This document shows, piece by piece, positions 8,455-16,468 of a stretch of 36,484 bases of DNA. Below the pieces are notes generated by a model, which was not told the DNA's origin, ran no database searches, and saw nothing but the letters and a program-made list of their open reading frames with translations. The translations under genes were made by a program, and so were the position numbers. This DNA is from a virus (taxonomy: Duplodnaviria > Caudoviricetes): IMG/VR virus record IMGVR_UViG_3300031466_000068, positions 1 to 36,484 of that record; one strand, 5' to 3'. The number at the start of each line of letters is the position of its first letter. Position 1 is the stretch's first letter.

Positions 8455-8540
8455 AATATGATCGGAACCGTGATAAATATGAACGGCGACTTATTACATA
8501 TTGCGGTCATGCTAATTGTAAAAAAGGAGAGGGTGAAACA

Positions 8541-9278
8541 ATGAAAGTTTTTAAAGTCATTGCCAATGATATCATGCCGATCTATGAAACCGAAACCGGC
8601 GAAAAAATTGTAAATGCCAGGGTACTTCATGAAAAGCTATTCATATTGACTCGTTTTAACGATTGGATTGCCAGAATGATTGATAGTTATGGCTTTATCG
8701 AAGGTGAAGACTTTTACTCATTTTTGAGTAAAAGTGGGGGGCGTCCAACAAGGGAGTATCATTTGACTTTAGACACAGCCAAAGAAATCGCTATGGTCCA
8801 GAACAATGAGGCTGGAAGGGCAATACGAAAATACTTCATTAAGGTGGAAAAACAATATCGTCAACAGTACCAACTGCCAAAAACTCAAGCTGAAATGATG
8901 CTCATGGCCGCCCAACAACTTGTTGAGCAGGAAAAGCGCATTAACCGGCTTGAAAATGATTTAGCCGCAGCACATCATCGGATAGATAACTTCGATAAGA
9001 TCGACACCATAGGAGATAAGCAACAGCGGTTAAACAAAATGATTCGCTTATATGCCGGAAGTAATGGTTATTCATTCGCTAAAGCATGGAAACACTTTCG
9101 GTCGGCATTTAACACAGCCTATAGGACGAACCTAAAACTTTTGATTGAAAACTATAAGTTTAGTCATGGATTAAAGGAACTATCGATGCCGGAATATCTT
9201 TCGCGTGTGGATCGTTTGGATGACGCTATAAGGGTAGCGGATAAGCTTCTCAATGGACAATATCAGGCAGCAAAATAA
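8541..9278 (+). CDS. AntA/AntB-family antirepressor
   Basis: VNARVLHEKL...RFNDWI..I..YGFIEGEDF...GGRP..EYHLTLDTAKEIAMVQNNEAGRAIRKYFI; AAGGAGAGG RBS before ATG 8541. Confidence 0.88.
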   Translation: MKVFKVIANDIMPIYETETGEKIVNARVLHEKLFILTRFNDWIARMIDSYGFIEGEDFYSFLSKSGGRPTREYHLTLDTAKEIAMVQNNEAGRAIRKYFIKVEKQYRQQYQLPKTQAEMMLMAAQQLVEQEKRINRLENDLAAAHHRIDNFDKIDTIGDKQQRLNKMIRLYAGSNGYSFAKAWKHFRSAFNTAYRTNLKLLIENYKFSHGLKELSMPEYLSRVDRLDDAIRVADKLLNGQYQAAK

Positions 9279-9355
9279 AAAGATCAGCCATTGAAAAGCT
9301 GATCAATAAAAGATTTTACAAACTTAATTATAACATTTTAAGGTAGGCGTTTACT

Positions 9356-9520
9356 ATTCTTTATGAAATACCAATTCCTCATGAGTATTTATTCGCAAAA
9401 GGACTAAATAATGGGCAACGGTTATTTAAGCAATATGTTAGGGCTTATATTGAGCATAATTTTCCAGAACTCAGGTTAATTAAAATTCGAGGCATGGCAG
9501 CAATCTGCGAAAAACGTTAG
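9356..9520 (+). CDS. Probable small protein with non-canonical ATT start, or a decayed gene
   Basis: 54-codon frame ILYEIPIPHEYLFAKG...QRLFKQYVRAYIEHNFPELRLIKIRGMAAICEKR fills the gap; AAGGTAGG upstream; no N-terminal ATG/GTG/TTG. Confidence 0.45.
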   Translation: MLYEIPIPHEYLFAKGLNNGQRLFKQYVRAYIEHNFPELRLIKIRGMAAICEKR

Positions 9521-9532
9521 GAGGATGAGGTA

Positions 9533-10462
9533 ATGGCAAGACCTCAAAAGGAAGGTTTAGATTACTTTCCGCTCGATGTAGACATAGATCAAGACGAAAA
9601 GATTGCTCTCATTGAAGCGCAGCATGGGCCGATCGGATTTGCGATTATCGTCAAGATTTTAATGCGTATCTATCGCAACGGATACTTTTATGAGTGGGGC
9701 GAAAAGGAACAATTACTTTTTTCAAAGGTAGTTAATGTAGACATTAACCTAGTTATTGATGTCGTAAACGATTGCCTAAAATGGGGTTTATTCAGCAAAA
9801 AAATGTTTGAAGAGCATGGAATCCTTACATCTCGTGGAATCCAAAGAAGATACTTAGAAGCAACAGCGCGGAGAAACAAAACCAAAATCACCGATGTTTA
9901 CTGTCTTTTATCGGATGATGAATTAAATGGATACAAAAACGTGGTTATTGTTGACATAAACGATAAGCCAATCGAGGTTTACGCAAACAATAATCCCCAA
10001 AGTAAAGTAAAGGAAAGTAAAGTAAAGGAAAGTAAAGTAAAGAAGAGTAAAGAAAGTAGCCAAAGTAAACATGCGGCGTCGGATTTTTTCATCGAGAACT
10101 TTGGTATGGCAAGTCCATTTGTCATTGAATCCATCGAACAGTGGGTCGATGACTTTGATCAAAACCAGGATATCGTGATCGCAGCCATGCAGATCGCTTT
10201 GAAGAATAACGTGCGGAATTTTAAGTACTGCGAATCGATACTCAAAGAATGGCATTCTAATAATCTTCGAACTTTGGAAGCTATAAGAGCCTACGAAACC
10301 AACAAAAGGGATAACAAAATCAAAAGGCTAAGAGTTGGTAATCAGCGTACAGAAATCATTCCGAAATGGATGAAGGAGGGTGAAAACTTCGTGGAAGAAC
10401 CACCACCGGAGGAATTTGAAAAAAGAGTCAAAGCGCTTGAGTCAATGTTAAGCAATCTTTGA
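9533..10462 (+). CDS. Replication initiator (DUF4373/Lin1244-like N-terminus, DnaD-like C-terminus)
   Basis: MARPQKEGLDYFPLDV...LTSRGIQRRY and YCESILKEWHSNNLRTLE motifs. Confidence 0.88.
   Translation: MARPQKEGLDYFPLDVDIDQDEKIALIEAQHGPIGFAIIVKILMRIYRNGYFYEWGEKEQLLFSKVVNVDINLVIDVVNDCLKWGLFSKKMFEEHGILTSRGIQRRYLEATARRNKTKITDVYCLLSDDELNGYKNVVIVDINDKPIEVYANNNPQSKVKESKVKESKVKKSKESSQSKHAASDFFIENFGMASPFVIESIEQWVDDFDQNQDIVIAAMQIALKNNVRNFKYCESILKEWHSNNLRTLEAIRAYETNKRDNKIKRLRVGNQRTEIIPKWMKEGENFVEEPPPEEFEKRVKALESMLSNL
9999..10058 (+). repeat. 15-bp purine-rich tandem repeats in initiator linker (possible origin region)
   Basis: AAAGTAAAGTAAAGG x2 plus degenerate copies (SKVKE repeats). Confidence 0.65.
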
Positions 10463-10518
10463 GGGGAGGGATCGGTGAGTCTATTCTAATTTTTAATCGT
10501 TTAAAAGGGTGGATATGT

Positions 10519-11322
10519 ATGACTATTCCAAGGATATTACATTATCCAGGTAGCAAATGGAGTATAGCCAATTGGATAATAAGTCATTTTCCAGAGCATC
10601 AAACATATCTTGAGCCATTTTTCGGAAGCGGGGCTGTACTCTTTTCGAAGCAGAGAAGCCCATTGGAAACCATAAATGACCTTGATGGTGATATTGTCAA
10701 CCTTTTTAAAGTAATACGAGAACGGCCAGATGAATTGGCATATGCGATTAGATTTACTCCGTATAGTCGAGAAGAATATTTAAAAAGTTATCTCGAGGCA
10801 GAAGATGAATTAGAACGAGCTCGAAGATATATCGTTAGGCTTTGGCAGGGTCGCGGTGGTAAAACATCACATCGTACGGGTTGGAGAAACATGATCGAAT
10901 TAAATGGTCCGTTACCCGGTAAAGAATGGCTAAGATTTCCGGAAAAGATTTCGCTCGTTGCTGAAAGATTAAAAGGTGTCCAAATAGAAAACCAAAATGC
11001 GATTGAATTAATTAAAAGATACTCGAGGCAGAATGTTTTAATCTATGCGGATCCACCTTACATTTTATCGACGCGTACCACATCAAGTTATAAACACGAA
11101 ATGACAGAAGATGATCATGAGGAACTTATTCACCTTTTAGATAAACACCCGGGTCCGGTCATTTTATCCGGATATGCTCATCCCCTTTATGATAATTATT
11201 TAAAACATTGGCAACGGGAAACAAAACGAGTAAAAGCTGAGGCTGGAGCAATCAGAGAAGAAGTCCTCTGGATTAATCCAGTTGCTGCAGAACAAGGATT
11301 CATTCAGCAAACGTTATTTTGA
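10519..11322 (+). CDS. Orphan DNA adenine methyltransferase (D12/Dam-like)
   Basis: YPGSK, EPFFGSGAV, INDLDGDIVNLF and YADPPY motifs; no adjacent restriction gene. Confidence 0.92.
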   Translation: MTIPRILHYPGSKWSIANWIISHFPEHQTYLEPFFGSGAVLFSKQRSPLETINDLDGDIVNLFKVIRERPDELAYAIRFTPYSREEYLKSYLEAEDELERARRYIVRLWQGRGGKTSHRTGWRNMIELNGPLPGKEWLRFPEKISLVAERLKGVQIENQNAIELIKRYSRQNVLIYADPPYILSTRTTSSYKHEMTEDDHEELIHLLDKHPGPVILSGYAHPLYDNYLKHWQRETKRVKAEAGAIREEVLWINPVAAEQGFIQQTLF

Positions 11323-11414
11323 TTCGTATCACGTAGAAACGGCGCCCTATACAGGACGCCGAATAGCTGAAGGTGACGATATGAGTTTTGGTGTTACGGC
11401 TATGGTTTAACGGA

Positions 11415-11519
11415 CTACCAGACGTAGGATGTACCAACAATAATCAAGAGGATAAACAATACGACGATTAACGCAAAGTTAAAACCATATCCGTATCCAC
11501 CACCCATTTGATAACTCAT
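11415..11519 (-). CDS. YjcZ-family small sporulation membrane peptide (34 aa, not in ORF track)
   Basis: MSYQMGGGYGYGFNFALIVVLFILLIIVGTSYVW carries the FALIVVLFILLIIVG signature; AAGGTGGTG RBS; hairpin at 11341-11360 downstream. Confidence 0.9.
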   Translation of the reverse strand: MSYQMGGGYGYGFNFALIVVLFILLIIVGTSYVW

Positions 11520-11680
11520 TTATATCACCACCTTAATGAGTGATATTGCATGTTATGGGATATCAAAGTTGAATGATATGGACAAACGTTCAAAACTGCT
11601 AAAAACAAACATCTGAACATCATAAAAATGCCCTTTATTTTACTGAACAGTTTGTAGGACATAAAAAATGAGGTGATAAA

Positions 11681-11809
11681 ATGAATGATTTTGTAACGGG
11701 AACATTACTCATCGTTGCATGGTTACTCTCGTCAGTCATTGTTGGCGCCGTAGCCTACAAAACGGGCCGGCTTGATGAGAAATTGGAGCGTGAGTGGAAT
11801 GGCGACTGA
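11681..11809 (+). CDS. Small single-pass membrane protein (42 aa, not in ORF track)
   Basis: GAGGTG RBS; MNDFVTGTLLIVAWLLSSVIVGAVAYKTGRLDEKLEREWNGD. Confidence 0.65.
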   Translation: MNDFVTGTLLIVAWLLSSVIVGAVAYKTGRLDEKLEREWNGD

Positions 11810-12170
11810 TGTTATGGATCGGGAAAAGCGTACAGCAATAGTAAAACAAATCAATGACATCATCGAAGAGAACTGCCATAAATGCCCATACCGCTCTACT
11901 CCTGATTACATGGAAGTTTGTGTCGGTTGCCCGATACTGGACAAGCTCCAGACACTCGGTAAGACCCTAACTGATAGTAATGACGAGAGCAAAAAAATCA
12001 ATCAGATTTTGTCTAAAGGCGAGAATATGACGACATCGGAAATGATGTATCTCCTGGAAATTGGCGTACCAAAGAAACAAATCAGAAAAGCAGTAGGCAC
12101 TAAGGAACTAGCATTCAATTCCCTTTTATTAAACCTACAAAAGGGATCTAACAAGGAGGTTGTTGGATGA
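11799..12170 (+). CDS. Zinc-finger phage protein
   Basis: CHKC...CVGCPI cysteine cluster. Confidence 0.7.
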   Translation: MATDVMDREKRTAIVKQINDIIEENCHKCPYRSTPDYMEVCVGCPILDKLQTLGKTLTDSNDESKKINQILSKGENMTTSEMMYLLEIGVPKKQIRKAVGTKELAFNSLLLNLQKGSNKEVVG

Positions 12171-12652
12171 ATTTATCTAATTTGTTTGATGCGCAGCGGA
12201 GACTAGACGAGCGAATCATTGAAGAAAAGGAGCTTGAGGGACAAGATTTATTACCAAACATCATTTTAGCCTCATTAGTGGAATTGGCCGAATGTGCTAA
12301 TGAATGGCGTGGATTTAAACACTGGAGTAACGACCAAGAACCCCGTCCAAAATTACTTGAAGAATTTGTTGATAAATTTCACTTTGTTCTTTCAATTGGA
12401 AATCAACTAGGTTTCGATAAAAATATAACCTCACCAAAACCATATAAGGAGTTAGACTTAATTAACCAATTTATCGCTTTATTCCATGCTACCGCGTCAT
12501 TACGATGGTTTCAAAAGTTAGAACATTATGTCACTGTATTTAATTTGTTCTTAGGTCTCGGTGAAATGCTCGGATTTACATGGGATCAGATTGAGCAAGC
12601 ATATTTTGAGAAAAACAAAATCAACCATCAAAGACAAGAAAGTGGTTATTGA
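12167..12652 (+). CDS. Dimeric dUTPase (dUTPase_2 family)
   Basis: [39 protein letters not shown]. Confidence 0.9.
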   Translation: MNLSNLFDAQRRLDERIIEEKELEGQDLLPNIILASLVELAECANEWRGFKHWSNDQEPRPKLLEEFVDKFHFVLSIGNQLGFDKNITSPKPYKELDLINQFIALFHATASLRWFQKLEHYVTVFNLFLGLGEMLGFTWDQIEQAYFEKNKINHQRQESGY

Positions 12653-12876
12653 TGAAGTGCCCTGTATGTGAAGGTAATACAAAAGTTGTAGATGTCAGGG
12701 AACGGAAAAGTAAGATTTATCGAAGGAGGGAATGTTTGGAATGTGGCTATAGATTTGCCACTTATGAAATCGAGAATGGCCAGTTCAGTGATATGCTTAC
12801 AAATATCATGATCCAATCAATTAATAGTTTCATTGAAAGGGAATTCCCATCATTAAAAGCGAGGAATACCAAATGA
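12649..12876 (+). CDS. NrdR-N-terminal-like zinc-ribbon protein
   Basis: MKCPVC...TKVVDVR...[16 protein letters not shown]; no ATP cone. Confidence 0.8.
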   Translation: MMKCPVCEGNTKVVDVRERKSKIYRRRECLECGYRFATYEIENGQFSDMLTNIMIQSINSFIEREFPSLKARNTK

Positions 12877-13058
12877 GATTAAGGGAGAAGCAACCCATTC
12901 TAAAATTGCCCGAATCGGAGCGACTGATGATGATTGCATGGCTTTCATTGATTACTGGTTTTCCAAAGAGTTATTGGCAGCAGAAAGATGATTACCAAAT
13001 CAAAAAACTGTATGAAGCAAATGTTGAAGAGCATGGTTATGAGTTGATGGAAATCTAA
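12873..13058 (+). CDS. Hypothetical protein
   Basis: Overlapping start/stop, GAGGA RBS. Confidence 0.7.
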   Translation: MRLREKQPILKLPESERLMMIAWLSLITGFPKSYWQQKDDYQIKKLYEANVEEHGYELMEI

Positions 13059-13093
13059 AAATCTAGTGAATGATAACTGAGGAGGTGTAAGGA

Positions 13094-13210
13094 TTGAGAA
13101 CAAAACGGACTTTAGCTACAGCTAAACCAAAATTGGGATCGGTTGAATGGCAACGTCAAGTTATACGGCAAGAGGCTAGAGAATCACTCAAAGAAAAGCC
13201 GAAAAAATAA
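13094..13210 (+). CDS. Small basic protein (38 aa, not in ORF track)
   Basis: GAGGAGGTG RBS, TTG start; MRTKRTLATAKPKLGSVEWQRQVIRQEARESLKEKPKK. Confidence 0.55.
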   Translation: MRTKRTLATAKPKLGSVEWQRQVIRQEARESLKEKPKK

Positions 13211-13280
13211 AAAAGCCGGCCATTCGCCGGCTACCCCAAACGTTGATCCTAACTACATATTATCACAAGGGGTGGCCGGG

Positions 13281-13454
13281 ATGGAAGAGAACAAGTTGGA
13301 AGCAACCATTGATTTACTGGACAATTCTAAGCTATGCATAGTAAAAGACGGCCAGCTTATAAAATATGAGTTGCCGGAATACGGTGAATTAACGCTGACC
13401 ATTCATCAAGGGAAAGTATGTGAGATAAAAACAACAACAAAAACAAGAATATAG
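13281..13454 (+). CDS. XtrA/YqaO-like small protein
   Basis: IVKDGQL...LPEYGELTLTIHQGKV pattern; AAGGGGTG RBS. Confidence 0.7.
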   Translation: MEENKLEATIDLLDNSKLCIVKDGQLIKYELPEYGELTLTIHQGKVCEIKTTTKTRI

Positions 13455-13471
13455 TCCGACCGGACAACCGG

Positions 13472-13518
13472 AGGGCACTAAATGACGCAAATGCGTTGTT
13501 TGGTGTCCTTTTATTTTT
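13472..13518 (+). terminator. Strong intrinsic terminator inside the early operon
   Basis: 18-bp stem AGGGCACTAAATGACGCA/TGCGTTGTTTGGTGTCCT (G-U pairs work on + strand only) followed by TTTATTTTT. Confidence 0.8.
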
Positions 13519-13535
13519 GTGAAAGGAGAACAGCG

Positions 13536-13706
13536 ATGAGGACGATTCAAAGCGAGCTGAAACGTCTTGGTATTTCCAAGAAACGACATGAACCGAGAAA
13601 AAAACACGATCATGAAAAACTAACCGAACGCGAGATTAAAGACCTTATGGGGGTTAATCGACCGACTTATAAGAGGTACAAAGGAGCTTATCGTCAAAGG
13701 AGCTGA
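13536..13706 (+). CDS. Small basic phage protein
   Basis: AAAGGAG RBS; EKLTEREIKDLMGVNRPTYKR. Confidence 0.75.
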   Translation: MRTIQSELKRLGISKKRHEPRKKHDHEKLTEREIKDLMGVNRPTYKRYKGAYRQRS

Positions 13707-13708
13707 TC

Positions 13709-14206
13709 ATGTTGCGCGTTTTGCTATATGAATACAAAAAAACAGTAAGGTTACTTAGGAAAGCTTACCGACAAACAGAGATGATTAAGGATATGGCAGA
13801 ACGAGAGTCCAATAAGAAAATCATAAGCAGCATGATCAAGGATACAGAATTTGTGATTGATTGGATTCGGAGCGGACGAGAACCTGGTAAAAGACGTGGT
13901 GCCGAAAGGGTAAATGTTTATTTAGTGGATCCCATGATGATGGACAGTGTTCAATATAACATTCTTGGTCATAAAAAAAGTGAGTTATCGCTAGAGGATA
14001 AAAATCTTATCAAAAAGGCATTACGAACTTTGTCGGACCGGGAACGCGAGGTATATATATTACATTATGCTGAACTTCTTTCACTCGAGGAAATAGCACA
14101 ATTGTTATCAGTCAAGAAAAGCACCATCCAAACCACATTAAAACGCGCACAATGCAAAGTAAGAAAGGAGATTGAGACTCATGAACTTTGTGCAGCCCAT
14201 TCGTGA
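13709..14206 (+). CDS. Sigma-70 region-4 HTH protein, Xpf-like late-gene activator
   Basis: IISSMIKDTEFVIDWIRSGREPGKRRGAER and LSDREREVYILH...SLEEIAQLLSVKKSTIQTTLKRA. Confidence 0.8.
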   Translation: MLRVLLYEYKKTVRLLRKAYRQTEMIKDMAERESNKKIISSMIKDTEFVIDWIRSGREPGKRRGAERVNVYLVDPMMMDSVQYNILGHKKSELSLEDKNLIKKALRTLSDREREVYILHYAELLSLEEIAQLLSVKKSTIQTTLKRAQCKVRKEIETHELCAAHS

Positions 14207-14738
14207 TCAAGAAAAGATAAATCAAATGTATGAGGTACTGCGGAAACAAAGCGAGCGTAATTTTATTCTTTTCTTGCTTGGTATTTCTTTAGGATTAAGG
14301 ATCTCCGATTTATTAACGTTAAAAAAGGAAGACCTGTACCAATCCCATATATGGATATGGGAGAAGAAAACAAAAAAGAGTAAGAAGTACAGAAAACAAG
14401 TGAGGATACCAGGTTACATCAAAAAGTATCTTATTTCTTATGCAGACAAGTTGAATGATGGTGATTATGTATTTAAAAGTAGGCAAGGGGGAAATAGACC
14501 GATAGACCGGTCTACAGCATACCGGATATTAAATAAGGCTGCCAAAGAGGTTAATCTAAAAGAAATTGGTACACATACTTTGCGCAAAACGTTTGGTTAT
14601 CACTTTTATAAAAAGACAAAGGACGTAGCTACGCTTCAAAAACTATTTAATCATTCGAGCCCTGAAATCACATTAAGGTACATCGGAATCACGCAAGATG
14701 AAATAGATAAGGCCATCGACAAAGTAAGGCTTATTTAA
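14181..14738 (+). CDS. Small tyrosine recombinase (catalytic domain only)
   Basis: GLRISDLL, EKKT, HTLRKTFGY, FNHSS..ITLRYIG give the full R-K-H-R-H-Y set. Confidence 0.92.
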   Translation: MNFVQPIRDQEKINQMYEVLRKQSERNFILFLLGISLGLRISDLLTLKKEDLYQSHIWIWEKKTKKSKKYRKQVRIPGYIKKYLISYADKLNDGDYVFKSRQGGNRPIDRSTAYRILNKAAKEVNLKEIGTHTLRKTFGYHFYKKTKDVATLQKLFNHSSPEITLRYIGITQDEIDKAIDKVRLI

Positions 14739-14752
14739 ATTTTATCCTTATC

Positions 14753-14865
14753 AGTACAACAAAAATATGTATAGTGTGCACTCATTAAAAAAATTTTTTT
14801 ATCTCAGTGATGACAAGGGTTTTCACGTTTTAGTGAGTGCAACAGTTTATGTATTGAAGTGCACT
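14753..14865. repeat. Two 30-bp imperfect palindromic sites in direct repeat
   Basis: agtacaacaaaaatatgtatagtgtgcact (14753-14782) and agtgcaacagtttatgtattgaagtgcact (14836-14865). Confidence 0.65.
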
Positions 14866-14973
14866 TGTCATACGACTTGCACTTATTAGTGAAGGGATCA
14901 TTTTGTATATGTATGTCGATGGTTGTTAGTTTTTGAGTTAAACATATACAAGGAGGTAGTTCCTTCAAAAGCA

Positions 14974-14998
14974 AAAAAATGCCACCTTTTTAGGCGGC
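14974..14998 (-). terminator. Terminator after antisense small basic gene
   Basis: Minus strand GCCGCCT-aaaa-AGGTGGC-ATTTTTTT. Confidence 0.7.
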
Positions 14999-15019
14999 GG
15001 AAACAATAGAAAATTACTT

Positions 15020-15169
15020 TTATTTACCTTTTTTACCTTTCGCTTGAGCAAGGGCACTTGCTGCAATTGATTTTGTTCGAGAACTAGATCGACCATCTGA
15101 TAAAGCCTTTGAAGCTTTTGTTGCTACAGATTTACTAGTTACTTTTCGTTCGCTTGGTTTCTTTGACAT
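15020..15169 (-). CDS. Small K/S/A-rich basic protein (49 aa, not in ORF track)
   Basis: AAAAGGAGGT RBS; MSKKPSERKVTSKSVATKASKALSDGRSSSRTKSIAASALAQAKGKKGK; own terminator. Confidence 0.8.
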   Translation of the reverse strand: MSKKPSERKVTSKSVATKASKALSDGRSSSRTKSIAASALAQAKGKKGK

Positions 15170-15248
15170 ATTGACTACCTCCTTTTTTACATTTTTCTTT
15201 AAATTAGAGGTTAATTCCTTCTTTTGTCGAAGTATTTTGTGAAGGGAG

Positions 15249-15533
15249 GTGGAGTATTTGAAACTGGATGAAATTGATAAAAAGTTATTGAAGGCAATTT
15301 ACGACAAGGATTTTAATAATAAACCAATCGATTGGACTGCTTTTAATTTTGAATCAAATAATCACAAAGCTTTCCATTTAAAAAGATTGGAACGATTTGG
15401 CTTGGTAGAATTCGAAGGATATGTATTTGATACCGGTGGAAAAACAGATCCAAAATACGGTTTAGCAATAGTATTCGTACATCAAGAAGGGATACACATT
15501 AAAGAAAAAGGTATTGAATTAATTGATAATTAA
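15249..15533 (+). CDS. Hypothetical moron protein, possible winged helix
   Basis: AAGGGAGG RBS; ends IHIKEKGIELI; own terminator. Confidence 0.7.
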   Translation: MEYLKLDEIDKKLLKAIYDKDFNNKPIDWTAFNFESNNHKAFHLKRLERFGLVEFEGYVFDTGGKTDPKYGLAIVFVHQEGIHIKEKGIELIDN

Positions 15534-15543
15534 AATACTTATT

Positions 15544-15570
15544 AAAGCACTCTTTAATAGGGTGCTTTTT
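15544..15570 (+). terminator. Intrinsic terminator
   Basis: AAAGCACTCT-ttaat-AGGGTGCTTTTT. Confidence 0.75.
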
Positions 15571-15589
15571 AATTTTGGAGTTGATTGAA

Positions 15590-15892
15590 GTGAACTTCTA
15601 TAAAACTCAAAGATGGAAGAATAAACGTGAGAAGGTATTAAGACGTGACGAATATCTATGCCAGGAGTGCAAACGGTATGAGCGCACTACTGAAGCTAAT
15701 ACTGTTCATCATATAAGACCATTGATGGTTAGTCCTGAATTAAGATTAGACAGTAGTAATCTCGTTAGCCTTTGTAATACATGTCATGAGCGCATGCATG
15801 ATCGAAAGACCCATGGATTATCAGAGCTTGGTGAGCAGTGGGTCAAGAGAATGGAGATGATTAGAGGTTATGGAACCAATCGAAGCCTTTAA
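15590..15892 (+). CDS. HNH endonuclease (packaging-associated, gp74-like)
   Basis: FYKTQRW...RD.YLCQEC...VHHI...NLVSLCNTCH; upstream of terminase. Confidence 0.9.
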   Translation: MNFYKTQRWKNKREKVLRRDEYLCQECKRYERTTEANTVHHIRPLMVSPELRLDSSNLVSLCNTCHERMHDRKTHGLSELGEQWVKRMEMIRGYGTNRSL

Positions 15893-16013
15893 GAAGTTAA
15901 GGGAAATTTGTGATGACATTGTAAAGGCATATGAAAGTGAAGATGAGCAAGCCATTGAGACTGCCATGGGGAGATTCTTATTTTTGTGCATGCAATTACA
16001 AACATCGAAATAA
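15870..16013 (+). CDS. Small hypothetical protein (47 aa, not in ORF track)
   Basis: MEPIEAFKKLREICDDIVKAYESEDEQAIETAMGRFLFLCMQLQTSK. Confidence 0.6.
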   Translation: MEPIEAFKKLREICDDIVKAYESEDEQAIETAMGRFLFLCMQLQTSK

Positions 16014-16085
16014 CCCCCCCACCTTTAATAATTCAAATATAGGTTAGGGAGACCGGGGCAAGGGAGGTTTTTCCAATAGCGCGAA
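16014..16085. other. Probable cos region
   Basis: C-run then G-rich GGGAGACCGGGGCAAGGG between HNH and terS, the usual place for cos sites. Exact overhang not determinable. Confidence 0.5.
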
Positions 16086-16111
16086 TGTCAGAGAAAAAGG
16101 GGTGATGACAA

Positions 16112-16468
16112 TTGGCGAAAACTAAAAGAGCCGTTGAAAATGAAGTGAAACGAAAAATGAAAGAGCTCGGAATATATAAAAAAGAATATGATCAAATCAT
16201 AAAAATTTATGCTGGAATGCTGTTTCAGTACCAAGTATTTGAAAAGCAGTTTGAAGAGTCTGGTTTTCAAATTACAGAACAATATACAAATAAAGCTGGT
16301 GCAACAAATGAGCGAAAAGTCCCTCTTTTAACTGCCATGGAAAGTTTGAGAAAAGATATTGCGGCATACTCCGATCGTCTTTGTCTGAACCCAAAAGCTT
16401 TGGAGAATGTAACAGCAGAAAAAGAAAGTAAGTCGAAATTGGCGAGTGTGTTGAGCAAGCTTGGCTAA
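16112..16468 (+). CDS. terS: Terminase small subunit (P27 family)
   Basis: [14 protein letters not shown]...[15 protein letters not shown]; precedes terL. Confidence 0.88.
   Translation: MAKTKRAVENEVKRKMKELGIYKKEYDQIIKIYAGMLFQYQVFEKQFEESGFQITEQYTNKAGATNERKVPLLTAMESLRKDIAAYSDRLCLNPKALENVTAEKESKSKLASVLSKLG

Noticed and set aside
8205-8540. 112-aa N-terminal extension of the antirepressor ORF
   Set aside because: Runs through a terminator and the structured repeat; the strong RBS and family-like sequence start at ATG 8541.
12649-12876. Bona fide nrdR
   Set aside because: Zinc ribbon only; no ATP-cone domain.
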